The notes below the pieces were generated by a model. That model had not been told where the DNA came from, did not search any database, and worked only from the letters and a program-made list of their open reading frames with translations. The position numbers and the translations under genes were made by a program. From a virus (Duplodnaviria; Caudoviricetes), in the IMG/VR virus record IMGVR_UViG_3300012953_000046, positions 1 through 49,834 of that record: DNA of 49,834 nucleotides; one strand, 5' to 3'. Numbering within the stretch: position 1 is the stretch's first letter; every line of letters begins with the position of its first letter. Below, in pieces: positions 8,242-22,300 of the stretch.

Positions 8242-10341
8242 ATGTCAGCAATTCCTTCACAATTAACGTCGTTAGACTTCTTTGAGATCAAAGAATCTAT
8301 CAAATCGTACCTTCGTACTCGAAAAGAGTTCACGGACTATGATTTTGAGGGATCTACATCATCATATTTGATTGACGTACTTGCTTATAACACATATTAT
8401 ACTGCATTCAACGCTAACATGGCGTTAAATGAGGCGTTTCTTGAGACAGCGACTGTTAGAGACAACATTGTAAGGATAGCAAAGCAGTTAAATTACACTC
8501 CAAGGTCTATTAAAGCATCTAGGGCGTGTCTAGCAATCGCTGCACAGACTACAATTGGTCTAAATGGTACCACTTATCCAGAATTTGCTACTTTAAGGAA
8601 GGGTGATGTCTTTGTTGCTAACAATGATAACGATAATTTCACCTTTACACTGACTCAAGACATCCAAGTTGCTGTTGATAGTGCTACTGGTATAGCAAAT
8701 TTCGATAATGTGCTTGTATATCAAGGTAATTTACTAAGATACAACTATACAGTTGACTATACTACACGTCAAGACTTCGTTATACCTGGTGAAAACGTAG
8801 ATACGAGTCTTTTGGTGGTAGATATCTCTCCAAATGCTCAATCTTCTGAAACTGACACCTATAATCTTGCTGCAAACGTCACTGCTGCTGATGCTAACAC
8901 CAGAATTTACTATTTGGAAGAGACAGATGACCTTAGATATCGTCTAGTCTTCGGTGATGGGTCAATTGGACGTAAATTAGTCGATGGTGAATACCTTACT
9001 ATCACTTATGTAAGCACAAATGGTGTTGAAGCTAACGGATGTAAGAATTTTGACTACATTGGTAACATAGTTGACTCTGATGGAAGGGTAATACCACCTG
9101 CTGCGTTACAAGTTACTACAAAAGACGCTGCTCAAGACGGTGAAGACCGTGAAACAGGTCTTTCAGTCAAGTTTAGAGCACCTAGAGCGTATGCAACCCA
9201 AAACAGGGCAGTCACAGAGACAGATTATGAGCATATTGTCTCAGAGATCTATCCACAGGCAGCATCTGTGACTGCATATGGTGGTGAAAAGTTAAATCCA
9301 CCTGTTTATGGAAAAGTCTATGTTGCAATTAGACCAAAAACAGGAAATAAGTTAAATGCGACTACAAAACAGAAGATCAAAAACGATTTAAAGAAATATT
9401 CGGTTGCTTCTGTTGAACCAGTCATCATTGACCCAACAAGTTTCTACATTATTCCAAAATCTTACGTTTACTACAACGGAAACGATACTGCACTTACTGG
9501 AGCACAACTTGGTACTAAGATTTTACAAGCAATTGACCAATTTAACAAAAATGGTCAAAACAATAGATTCGGTGGTCGTTTGGACGGATCTAAATTTGGA
9601 TCGATGGTCGATAACAGTGATACTGCCATATCTGGTAACGTAACACAGATGACCTTGGGTAAAAACCTTGATAAATTCACATTTGGGAACGTATTCACCC
9701 AGTGTCTTGATTTTGGTAACCCACTTTACGACCCTAGTAAGTATTCTGGCAATCCAGATGGAGGTACTGGTGATAATACAGGCGTTTCCTGTAAACCATC
9801 CTTCTCAGTTGCCAAATCTGGTACATTCTATGCTACTGGTTACACAGAAGACCTAGTTAACCTCACTCTAAGTGATGGATCGACTGATGCTGGTGTAACA
9901 TCTAGTGGTATATCAACAAATGTGCTAAATGAGGTCTTAGTACCAGTAAACATCCGAGATGATGGTACAGGAAACCTAATTCTAGTCACTACAAGAGATG
10001 AAACTGAATTAGTCCTCAATCCTTCTGTAGGAAGTGTAAATTATGCGACTGGACAAGTTTGTGTTGGACCAATTGCGATCCAAGGCACTCCAGACAACAC
10101 TGAAAGACTTCCAATCCAAGTATTACCTGCTGGTGGATCTATCTTGATCCCACCTGGCGATGATCCTACGGTCTTTAGCCCAACAGTTAATCCAATTGAC
10201 TATACAATCAATGATACCGCAATCCCAGCCTTTGATCCTAACAATTTCAATGGTTATAATTTCGGTGATCTTGGTGGGCTAAATATCATTGACTATCCAA
10301 CTGATACATTCACGTATCCTGTTAGCGAATCCTGTTTCTAA
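8242..10341 (+). CDS. gp6: baseplate wedge subunit gp6
   Basis: LDF.EIK.S...YLR...EFTDYDFEGS...LIDVLAYNTYY...NM..NE.FL.TA; APRAYATQNRAVT..DY; PPVYGKVY. Confidence 0.95.
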   Translation: MSAIPSQLTSLDFFEIKESIKSYLRTRKEFTDYDFEGSTSSYLIDVLAYNTYYTAFNANMALNEAFLETATVRDNIVRIAKQLNYTPRSIKASRACLAIAAQTTIGLNGTTYPEFATLRKGDVFVANNDNDNFTFTLTQDIQVAVDSATGIANFDNVLVYQGNLLRYNYTVDYTTRQDFVIPGENVDTSLLVVDISPNAQSSETDTYNLAANVTAADANTRIYYLEETDDLRYRLVFGDGSIGRKLVDGEYLTITYVSTNGVEANGCKNFDYIGNIVDSDGRVIPPAALQVTTKDAAQDGEDRETGLSVKFRAPRAYATQNRAVTETDYEHIVSEIYPQAASVTAYGGEKLNPPVYGKVYVAIRPKTGNKLNATTKQKIKNDLKKYSVASVEPVIIDPTSFYIIPKSYVYYNGNDTALTGAQLGTKILQAIDQFNKNGQNNRFGGRLDGSKFGSMVDNSDTAISGNVTQMTLGKNLDKFTFGNVFTQCLDFGNPLYDPSKYSGNPDGGTGDNTGVSCKPSFSVAKSGTFYATGYTEDLVNLTLSDGSTDAGVTSSGISTNVLNEVLVPVNIRDDGTGNLILVTTRDETELVLNPSVGSVNYATGQVCVGPIAIQGTPDNTERLPIQVLPAGGSILIPPGDDPTVFSPTVNPIDYTINDTAIPAFDPNNFNGYNFGDLGGLNIIDYPTDTFTYPVSESCF

Positions 10342-10344
10342 ATA
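10338..10344 (+). promoter_or_regulatory. late promoter-like CTAAATA overlapping the gp6 stop codon
   Basis: Same motif and context recur at 40111 and 41712. Confidence 0.5.
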
Positions 10345-10345
10345 G

Positions 10346-13300
10346 ATGTCACCGATAACAAAGAATATCAACGTCTCTGATAGAGTCGAGAGTCAGTTAC
10401 CTGATTTTATTCGGCAAGAAGACAGACAACTTGTCAACTTCCTGTTTGAGTATTATAAATCTCAGGAGAAAACTGGTAGACCTTATGATATCCTTAACAA
10501 TCTGTTAAGGTACCTAGATCTTGACAACTATACGTCGGAAGAGTTATCTAGTTCAACAAGTTTACTTAAGGATATTGGTGTAAGCGATCCTAAGATCGAA
10601 ATTGAGTCTATTGATGGATTCCAGGCTCAAAATGGATCTATAATGATCGATAATGAAGTCATCTACTACGAGGATGTAACTCGTGGTCCTGATGTCATCA
10701 TTACTCCAGGTATTTCGTTTCCACAGTTTAATAAGAAGAAGCAACAGTTAGAAAACCCATTTCCACTGTTCGATGGTGTTGAAACTGTCTTCCCAATGAG
10801 TTTCTTGGGTACTCCTGTAGCACCTCCTAGTGCAGAGCACCTTGTTATCATTACGTACAACACTATGTTAGTGCCTGGCACTGATTATAGTATTAATGGT
10901 CTAAATCTTGTCTTTAACGAACCACCTCGTGACAGAACTGGTGGAGATGATTCAGAATTTACTAGAGTTACATATTTGGTTGGTTATGCTGATCAAGAGA
11001 TCAAAGTTGCAGATACTATACCTTGGCAAGAGTGGCAGAATACAAAAATATACCCATTAAGAATTGATGGAGTTTCATATACTCCAACTTCTGAGATAGG
11101 ATTAATAATTAACAAAAATGGCAAGTTACAAGTACCATATGAGGACTTTACAGTCTTCCAAGACAAGGTTGTCTTTAAGAATGCCATCGGAGCTGCAGAT
11201 CTTATTCATATTAGGTCTGTTGAATATGTTGCTCCTTCATATGGGTCTGGAGCCAAGGCTATTGCTCAGGTTGACGACCTAGGTCAGATACAAGCACTTA
11301 TTCCTAAAGTTGGTGGTAGTAAGTATCGTTTAGACTTTAACCCAAAGGTTACTATTAGTCATAAGGAAGGTATTAACGCTACTGCTAAGTCATTAATTGG
11401 TGGTATTAAGGATGTTAACCTTCTTGACGGTGGTCAGGGTTATTCTTCATACAACCCACCTATTCCTGTAGTCGTTGTTCCTAATGATAGTAATGGTACT
11501 ATTGCAGAACTGGCACTAACAGTCAATGATGAGACTGGAATGGTCGAAACTCTTTCTATCACTAATAGTGGTAGTGGATATAACTTCATTCCTGCAATAT
11601 CCTTTAAAAACCCTGCTGGTGCGACTAATGGTGCTCCTACTATTGATGGAGAGGGTCGTGTTAACCTAGGAAGTATTGAAGTACTTACAATGGGTAGTGG
11701 ATATAGCAATCCACCTATTGTATACATGGATCCTGCACCTGAAGGTGGCATTAATGCACAGGCAGTAACAAAGATCAACCAAGATGGTCAAGTATACGAA
11801 GTACAAGTAGTTAATAGAGGTAGGGGTTATGTAACTCCACCTAGAGTAAAGATAATTGACCCAATTGGTGCTCAAGTCCTTGATGTAACTGTTGCATCTG
11901 GATCTGTTACCAATATTGAGATGTTAACAGGTGGTAGTGGTTATACTGATGCTCCATCTGTCTATATTGTTGATGATAGGAAGGATGGATACGGAGAACT
12001 AATAGGCGGTACTGGTGCTACTGCTGCTGCCACCATTTTCAACGGTGAAATCACTGATATCAACATTACCAACTTTGGTACTGGATATTCTGCTGAATTC
12101 CCACCTAAAATCTACATTGCTGATCCAAGATCTGCTAGAGCATCTGTAGATGTTGGTTTTGACCAAGTTACTGGTTTTGATATCATTGAGAAGGGATCAG
12201 GTTACTCTCCTAGTGCCTTCCTAGGGTGCTCCAGAGGCGTTTCTGGTCCTGTAGAGTATGATAACCTCCATAATGAGATATATGCTGGAGAAGCAGCTTT
12301 AAGGCAATCAAATCACCTTGCTGGTGGCACAGTTATCAATTTAGACACCCTTTTCATCAAGGAAGTCTTTGATAAGTTTAGAAGGCAGTATTTGCCTACT
12401 ATTGACATTGATTTTAGCGAAGTTAACCCTGTACAGGTCATTAAAAACATTAGTGACTTCTATGTTTCAAAAGGTACTAAATTAGCGACTCAATATCTCT
12501 TCAAAATCTTATTTGGACAAGATGTTGACCTTTATTATCCAAAAGATGAGATTATTAGTCCATCTTATGCTACTTGGGTTGTAGACACCATTCTTAGAGC
12601 AGAATTGATAGAAGGTGACCCTGTAAACCTATTAGACGCACAAATTAACCAATATGCCGACGCTGTTGACACTAGCGTAACGGATGCATCAGCTTTAATC
12701 GAAAATGTCATCACAATCATCGAAGGTACCGATACAATCTATGAATTGGCTATCTCGGAAGAAACATTGGTTGGGAATTTCATTATTCCTTACAAAACAC
12801 GTCTTGTTGAGCCTCTTACGACTACGGGTCAGATAATCACGGTTGACTCGACTATAGGATGGCCCGAAAGGAATGGTACCATTAGAATCAATGATCAAGA
12901 GCAAGTTCAGTATAAAGAGAAGTCCCTAAACCAGTTCATCGAGTGTACTAGGTCTAAAAACGGAGTTGTTGAAGATTGGGATCCTGGTACCATAATTCAG
13001 TCCGATATCTACATCTATACTAACTTTGGTACTGCAAATGAGTGTAAACTGAGAGTTCTTGGTATTGCAGAAGCAGGAACGACTGTTCTTAACAATACAG
13101 GTAGTTACTACCTCGGTGGAGACAAATTGAAGGTTGCAAACCTTGGATCCACTGCTGAAGAGCTAAGATTGCAATCTTGGTTGTATAATGTTAAAAAACT
13201 CATCCAAGTAACCAGTATTACTCCTGGTGGTGTTAATAACCAGACTGCGACTGTAGTTTGCGGTAACCCACATGGATTATTGGTTTCTGACCAAGTTACG

Positions 13301-16300
13301 ATCTACGGTGCAAACCCAGTTGTCTATAACGGCACATTTACCGTTACATCACGTATTAACGAGTTTGAATTCTCATATAGGATCAATACACCAACTGAGA
13401 TCATTCCAGCAGGTAATATCCTATTATCGGTTGACCTTAACAGAGGTAAGTCAGATGTAACCTCTATTAACAAGGTTATTAGTGAATTTACGACTAATAT
13501 CCAAAACTCTTTCTTTAATGACCAATATGTCTATGTTGCTGCATCTGGATTACCAAACTACAAGATAGGTCCATTTACAGGGTCAGCATTGATCCCAGGC
13601 AACCAAAGGAAGCTATTAAGATTCCCTAGGACAGTCCAAACTATATCAGAGCGTCAAACTATCAATCCAGGTACTCCAATCGGATCTTGGGTTAATGGTG
13701 TTTCTATCTGGTCTTACAAGTCAAGAGATTACGTACAGTATGGTCCTTTAACCAATATCAGTGTAACTAACAATGGTGAAGGTTATGATGCTGGTGCAAA
13801 ACCTAATGTAGAGATAGAAGGTGGTGGAGGAGCAAATGCAGCAGCAGAAGTTGTTGTAAATGGTAGTCTTGATAGTTTTAATGTTACAACTGAAGGTACT
13901 GGATATACTGAGTCACCTCTAGTATCAATCGTAGGTGGCGGTGGTATTGGTGCTACTGCACAAGCAGTTATCACTGGTGGTCGAGTTACTCGTATTCTAG
14001 TTGAGCAACCAGGTACAGGATATACATCACAACCTAGTGTTTCTATAACAGGTGGTGGAGGAGTAGGAGCAGAAGCAACTGCTAGTGTCCGTGGTCCAAT
14101 TCAAAGTGTTAATGTTACTAACTTCGGTAGTGGTTATACTTCACTTCCAGAAATTAAAGTTAACTCTGGTGAGAATGCTCTAGCACAACCAATCGTATTG
14201 AATGGTAGAATCGTTTCTATCGCTATTATTAACTCTGGTAATTCCTATACTACTGCACCTAACGTAATCATCAATGGTGATGGATTTGGTGCTATTGCAC
14301 AAGCAACTATCGGAACTATTGGAGAAGACAAAGGACGTGTTTTAGGTGTAACTATTACCAACAAGGGTATTGGGTATACACAGGGAATGACCACCGTTAG
14401 ACTCGAAGCAGTGGGTCAATTAGCGTCATTTGCACCTACAGTCTATCAGTGGAATAGAAACTTAGAATATGAATTAGGAGTAGAGAGTAACAAATATGAC
14501 TTCGCAAGAGGTTATGTATTCACTGGATATAACAACCAGTTTGGTGGTGAATATGCTCACCTATCAGATCCTAAAGAATTAAGATATGTTGTTGGTGATA
14601 ACGTATTCTTAAACCCTGTCACTCAGCAATTCCAAGAATTAGCATCTAACTTCGAGCACTCACCTGTTATTGGTTGGGCGTTTGATGGTAACCCAATTTA
14701 TGGTCCTTATGGATATATTGATCCTACTGATCAGAATAGTGGTATCAGAAGGATGCGTACGTCATACAAACAAAAAGAAAACGTTGTATATGATGAAGTA
14801 ACCAACCCTGATCCTTCAAGAATAGATGGTCCTCCTATTTCAACGTACCCTGCTGGTACATTTGTAGATGATTATTTCTATGACTTCCAGTCTGGTGACT
14901 TAGACCAGTATAATGGTCGTTTCTGTAAGACACCTGAGTATCCTGGTGGTACATATGCATACTTCATTACTATTGATGCTAGTGATGCAGGTCTTGCACA
15001 ATTCCCTTATATTCTAGGACCACAGTTTAACTCACTTCCTGATGCTTGGAACTTTACTCAGGCAGCAACACAAGAGAATATCCCTGATGGTGTTGTCCGT
15101 TATAGAGATCCATATACTGATGTTGATATTGATATTGATCGTCAACCAAACCAGACTGCTGATATATTCACTACTGAGATAGAAGGATATCCTATTATCT
15201 TTGAAATTCAGGATAGTAACAATGACGGTCTGATTGATGCTAATGAGCAACAAGAATTACTAGAGATGTCTGAAGAGGCAACTCTACAGATCTATGATTA
15301 CTTCCCAAGAGTATCTGCTGAGTCTAGAGTTGATATTGAAGTAGAAACAACTACTCAGTTTGAGAATGCACAGATTGATGGATTCGTTATTGAGAACCCA
15401 GGTGAATCATATCAGGTAGATGACACTATATTCTTCGATAATGAAGGTACTGGTGGATTCGGTGCATCTGCTATTATTGAATCTGTTAAAGGACAGAATA
15501 TTATTGGTTACCAGAAGGAAATCATTGGTGACCGTCCTTATGGTGTTATTACTACAGATATAGGACATGAATTAAGACAACAAGATGAGATAATTATAAA
15601 CTCACGTCCTGTTATCGATAATACCCAGAAGACCTTTAAGGTTAAGGTGGTAACAGGTGTTGAGAGTATTTCAGTTACTCAAGCAGGTACTGGATATAAC
15701 AATGATATCCCACCAACATTTGAATTAATAACACCTGCTGGTCAGGATGCTTCACTTCAGTTGGTACTTGAGAATACTGGACAGATTAATAAAGTTAATA
15801 TCATTAACTCTGGTAATGGATACGATTCTAATGATCCTCCTCAGATAAGGGTATCACATCCTCAGCAATACAAGAAGACTCGCTATTGGATTACAGAGTA
15901 TCTTGAGGCATCTGGTATCATTACCATACATGACATGGTAACGACTATAGAGCGTTACACTTATATTTGTGGTAGCATCCTTGAGACAGACGGTGACCAA
16001 GCAGGAATTATCGTCAAATTTGATGACCTAGGCCAGAAAGTTTGGGAGAGAAACTTACTACCTCTTAACTCAGGTACTAAGAAGGCAGAATTTATTAAGA
16101 TGCATATCGATGCTTCAGCAGAGAATGACATCATCTATATCGTTGGTCAAACATACGATCCTAATAATCCTAACTACAACCCTGACATTTGGTTAGGTAA
16201 GTATGAATCTGGATTCAATAATGCTAATGCTCCTGATGGTATCTTACTATGGCAGAAAGCAATTGCTGGTATCAGTGGTAGCACAAGAAGAGATTGGATC

Positions 16301-19300
16301 ACTTCTCTAGCACTAGACCAGGAAGGTCGTATCTATCTTGCAGGTTATACAGACAGTAATTCACCTGATCCTAATGATATGTGGATCATCCAGTGTAATC
16401 TGGACGGTGACCTTGTAGAGAAGAGAAAGATTGCATCTGCTGATGATTCAGAGATGATTAATCAGATTCAGTGGATATCTGATGACAGATTCTTCTTTGT
16501 TGGTGTTAACGATGATAATGATGATTGTATTTTCGGTGTATTCTGGTATGACGGTGCAAACCTTGAAATTGAATACATTAGACAGATTCCAACTCTAGGT
16601 GGATATGTAAGAAATCCTAAATTCACTGTTGATGAATATGGTGATTGCATCTTAGTTTGGGATGTTTATAATAGTGTCCTTTCTAAGTATGATAGGGTAC
16701 AAATAAGCAAATTCCCAATTGCAACTGCTAATACTCAGTGGGAATGGCAGAAGACAGTTACCGTTAGTGGTGCAATTGATTCAATCAATCATGCTGGTAT
16801 TAATGTAGATGTATTTGGTAACTATTCACTTGTTACTGATGTAATAGAAGCACAAAACCAAAGATACTCAGTTATTCATTATCTGAAGTATGACGGCACA
16901 GTAATTAAAGAGACTAAGATTGATGATACTGTAAATATCGGTTTTAAAGCTAAGACACATACAGTAGACAACTCTGGTGACCCGATCCTAGTACTTGATA
17001 GACAACAGTCTGATCAAATAGCAGCATATCGTTTCAATGATACTAACGATCTAGATTACGACTTTACTAAGCAGAATTTAGCAACAATGACGTTCTCGTC
17101 AGTACCTGATTCTACTTTTGATGATGCAGTTTATAAGTTTGGTAATGGATCACTTAAGTTAAGTGCTCCTTCTCCTGTTAAACTTGCTTCTTACGGAATG
17201 ACCGATAAGGAGTGGAGTTTCAGAGTATGGATGGCAATGAATACCACTGCTCATGCTACAAACCATAAACCACTTCTATTTGATGTTATTCCTGTTGCTG
17301 GTGATAGTATACAGGTTGAAATGGATGGTGATCAGAATAGTGCAAACTATGAGAAAGCAGTCCTTTATGTAAACTCAGTACAAGTAGCAACATCTGCTAC
17401 TGCTGTTAACTGGACTACATTCGGTAGTGCTCAGTGGGTACATGTTACCTTCCAGAAGAGAGAAGAGTCACTAGGTCTTTATCAATATGAGTTATTCTTG
17501 AATGGTAACTTAGTTGCTAACTTCCAGAGTACGTCAGATATTAGTGTTAATAACGTAGGTGTTGCTGGTAAGTATACTGGATCATCATCTGCTAACTGTT
17601 TCATTGGTAATATTGATGATCTTGTAATAGACAATATTGCTCCTTATAATACTGCATACTCTGCACCTGGTGAAGAGATTCCTGTTACTACAAATAATTC
17701 AGATTCTGTACTAATTAAGTTTGATAGACTTCATTCTAAGAGAGATAGTTACACTTTAACTGATACTACCAAGTATACAGATATATCATTTACAGATATT
17801 GAAACTGCAACTACATGGGCTGATTTAGGTCTCTCTGCACTATCTGCATGGACTCCTGGTGCTGGTGGTTTGCAGATTCTGGATATGTCCCAGGTCATTG
17901 CTACATTAAACCCAAGTAGCTATACATTTACCACTAATAAAGCTGAGTATGCTACTAAGACTTCTACTATTCCATCACCATTAGGTAAGAAACTTACTAT
18001 CTCTGCTGATGTTATTAGTAAGTTCTATATGCGTGATGCTCTCTATCAGAAGATAGACAACGTAATGGAGTTTACCTTCAGTCAAGATCTTAAGTTGACT
18101 AAGGGCACTATCTTACAACAGTTTAATGATGCTGGTGTTACTCAAGCATATGGTACTATTGTAAACGTCCCAGAAGGCACATTACTTCAACCTGGATATG
18201 GTAATAAGTATCAGGTTGGTAAGATATATGGTACATTCAATAATACAGATCGTTATAGGACTGTTGCTGGAGATGTAAACCAAATTGAAGGAACATACTT
18301 CGATACTATTGAAGAAGAGAATCCATGGGCATCAGGTACTGCATATGCTCTAGGAGATACCGTTTATAATGGTAAGAGAATTTATCAAGCACAAGGTGCT
18401 GGTACTTCAGGTACAATTGCACCAGTACACACAGCTGGTGTAGCGAGTGATGGCGTAATAAACTGGGCATTCCTTGATACATCAGGTAAGTTTACTATTG
18501 ATCTAACTCAACATCCATATCCTAGACCTCAGTGGACTGGAATGGATATGCCTGAGTGGTTACCAGATCGTCTCTACGTCGTTGGACAGAGAGTTTGGTA
18601 TAGGTTAAACATCTATGAAGTTGCAGCAGGTGGAGGCGGTGTTAGTGGTAATACAGCACCTATTCATAGTACTGGTGATGATACTGACGGTGGTGTAACT
18701 TGGACTCATATTTCTACTGAAGAAGCAATTAGTGTATACACTAGATTGATGGGTTATGACCAAGGTAACAACTACATGGTTCAAATCATGGAAGTTCAAC
18801 CAGGGTCTGTATACATTCCTGGAGACGTTGTTTCTATCAACTCTGGTAATATAGTTCTTGCTGAAGATGAGAAGAGCACTGAAATTGTCGGATTTGAATC
18901 AGTTAAAAAGATTCGTGTTACTGCACGTTTAGAGAAGGATATAATTAGATCATCTACTGTCAGAACTAACTACGTTTATTGCACATCAAATAGTGCTCAT
19001 AACTTCGGTGCTGGTAACATTATCTTCACTGAGGGATTCACTACGGCCCAGTTTAACGGATCATTCTTTATTGATCAGATTATGGGATCAAGAGAATACA
19101 CATTTGCTATTAGAGCAGTTGCTGATTCAGATCCTGCATTTACTAATAATGCTATTGCTGGTGTTAACATCTATGCAAAACACCCAACTTTAGATTTCAC
19201 TAGAAATCATCAGTACGTATTTGATCTATCTGATACTTCTAACTTTGGATATTACCTATCATTCTCTCAGGACAACCAGTATAAACTGGAATACTCCTTT

Positions 19301-22300
19301 AATAACATCGAGAGATCTGGTACTCCAGGTATTCCAACATCCCCAGCTCCATTCGTTAAGTTCTCAGTATTAGGAGATGTGACGAATATTTCCTATTACT
19401 TCGACCCATCACGTACTGGGGCGGACTCACCAGTAGGCGATAATAGCTTTATCGATGTAATCAAAACACCGTTTGATGGTACATTCAGAATATCAGAAGT
19501 ACCAACAGATACCTCTTTCAAATTCCAACTTGATAAAGAGCCTGAAAGGATGAATGCAGAGGTTGGAAATGACGAATTTGATCAACCATATTCATACTAT
19601 TCAACTACCTCTCTAAGAGCAGTTGGACCTATCAATACTATTCAACTGGTTTCTCCAGGTGGATTCTATCAGAAACTACCTATCATTAATGATATTGCAT
19701 CCTTCAGACAGATTGAGAAGGTTGTAGTTAATGATGGAGGTACTGAATATGCTCCAGGTGTCTACTATGATATCCCTATCTTAGGAGATGGTGAAGGTGG
19801 TAAGGCAACTATTACTGTAGAAGTTGATGACACTATTGGATCAGGTACTATTACTGCTGTTGCTGTAACTGACCCAGGTAAAGGTTATACAACTGCATCT
19901 ATTGACATAGACGCTATAACTGGAATATTAGGAGCAACTCTTGCTGGATCTGGTGGATCTGTAACTGTTGTTATTCCTTCAGAAGGATCTGGTGCATCTG
20001 TATTCTTAACAGGTACTAACATTGGTAAGATTAAGAGACTAAAGAATAATGAATTTGGTTTCGGTTATTCACATGACTATACCTTAAAACCAGAGATTAC
20101 ATTCCCTGTTAACCTACAACTCTTTAATACTTCAATACTAAGTCAGATCAAGATAACTGACCCAGGTTCTGGATATACTTCTACTCCTGCTGTTGTAATT
20201 GAAGGTGGTGGTGGATCTGGTGCTGAGGCATTAGCAATTATCAAGAATAACAGACTTTCTGAGATTACTATTAAGAATCCAGGTTCAGGTTACTCATCCG
20301 AACCAACTGTTACTCTTAAATCAGAATTTAACTACGTTGTTAACTTAGACCTTAACTATCTACAGTTTAACTTCCCACATGGTATAACCACTGGTGCAGA
20401 AGTCCAATTTAGATCTGATGATGTTGGATCAACAGTTGGTGAGTTACCAAAACCAAGTACCGCAGGTTTAACCAGTTTGGTTGCTGGACAGACATATTAT
20501 GCAATTGCTGGTGAAGCATCTGGTCTTGAGCCTGATCAATTAAGATTCGGTCTTACAAAAGCATCTGCACAAGGTGGATCGTACGTTACCTTCTTAACTC
20601 AGGGATCTGGTAGACAGACACTTTTAACTGAGGTATTTGGTGGTAAAGCAACTGCTGTTGTTGAAACATCTCGTTTCTTAGAAGGAGAGACAGTATATCA
20701 AGGATCTTCAATAGAAACACAAACTGCTATCGGTAAGGTATCTACTAACACTGGTTGGCAACTTGGTCCTAAGATTCTTAAGATCGTTGATTACACTGGT
20801 GACTGGGCAGAAGGTGAGAGAGTACAGGGTGAGATATCCAAGGCATCTGGTATTATCGATAACTTCTCTATTGCTCGTGGTGTGCTGAATATCGGCTCCC
20901 TAACGAAGACACCAGGCCGATTTATTGATGACGTTGGTAAGCCTTCTGAGATTGTCCAGAAGATACAGGATAGTTTCTTCTATCAGAACTTCTCATATGT
21001 TGTTAAGTCTGAGATTCCTATCACAGAATGGAAAGCACAAGTATTAGAAAATAACCACCCTGCTGGTTTCAATATGTTTGGTCAGTTACAACTGACTGGT
21101 GGTAAGGACGTATCTGGTCGTAAGATTGGTACAGAATTTACGAAGAAAGTTAATATACAAAACTATAGTAATGTAAACCAGATTACATCATTCGGTGCTG
21201 CACAACCAATATACACCGATTATAACAATACTGAGGTTCTCTTCCGTAAGAAGCGTTTGACTTCTTCTGAGGAAATCTTAACTTCTATTGTTAAGAAACT
21301 AGATGATATCTCAGGTCAGTTTAATGGTATTGATAAGCAATTCCCAGTTACTGTTGAGAATGAGCAAGTCATCGTTAAGCAAGATCAGTTGATGATTACA
21401 CTTAACGGTGTTATCCAGTCTCCTGGTGAATCCTTCACAATCGTTGGTGGTAACATAGTATTTGCTGAGCCACCTAAACCACCTTCTAAAGTTAACTATA
21501 GAATCTTAGGAGTTACTCCTACACCTATCTACAGAATTGCACTTTACCAATCTGGTGGTACTGCAAACTATGGTATTTTCCCATCAATAGGACAACAGAT
21601 ACAAGGTGAGAGTTCAGATGTTGTTGCTACAGTTATTGATTCAGGTACTAATCATCTAGATGTCATCAATCTAGTTGGTGGTACGTTTGATCTTAATGAG
21701 CAAATTGTAAGAGGAGAAATCTTCGCTGCATTAGTAGAATCTGTTACCCTAGTTAACTCAGAGACTATATTTGAATTCGGTGAAGCAGTTACTAACCTAG
21801 AAGGTGACACTGCTTATATTGAAGAGACTAATATCACTACTGAAGGTGTTATTACTGACCGTCTTGTTGTAAGTAAGACTTCAGGTACTCCTAGATTTGA
21901 AACTGGAATATTTGACCTTAGACTTAATGAGTACATCTATTCTGCCTCATCTAAGATTGCAGGCCAGATTACATACATCGCACCTTATACAGATCCTGTA
22001 ACTGGTGACCCTGTTGATGAATTAATCATTAACAAAGGATCTACCTTCTTTGGATTACTATTTGAGCGTTTAGTTTCTCTAACTAACCCTAATGTCATCC
22101 TAGACGACATTTCACAATCTTCCATTACTCCTACTGAGCTTAATAACTCTGCTGAAAGAATTAATGCTGATTTCCTCGATTTTGAAGAAGTTAGGACTAC
22201 TGAGATTACATATTCTCAACTTACTGGTGGTGTGCTTGAAGAAGGCGAAGTTATCAGAAATAAGAAGGTTATTTACGGAAATCCAGTTTCTGCCTTCCAT

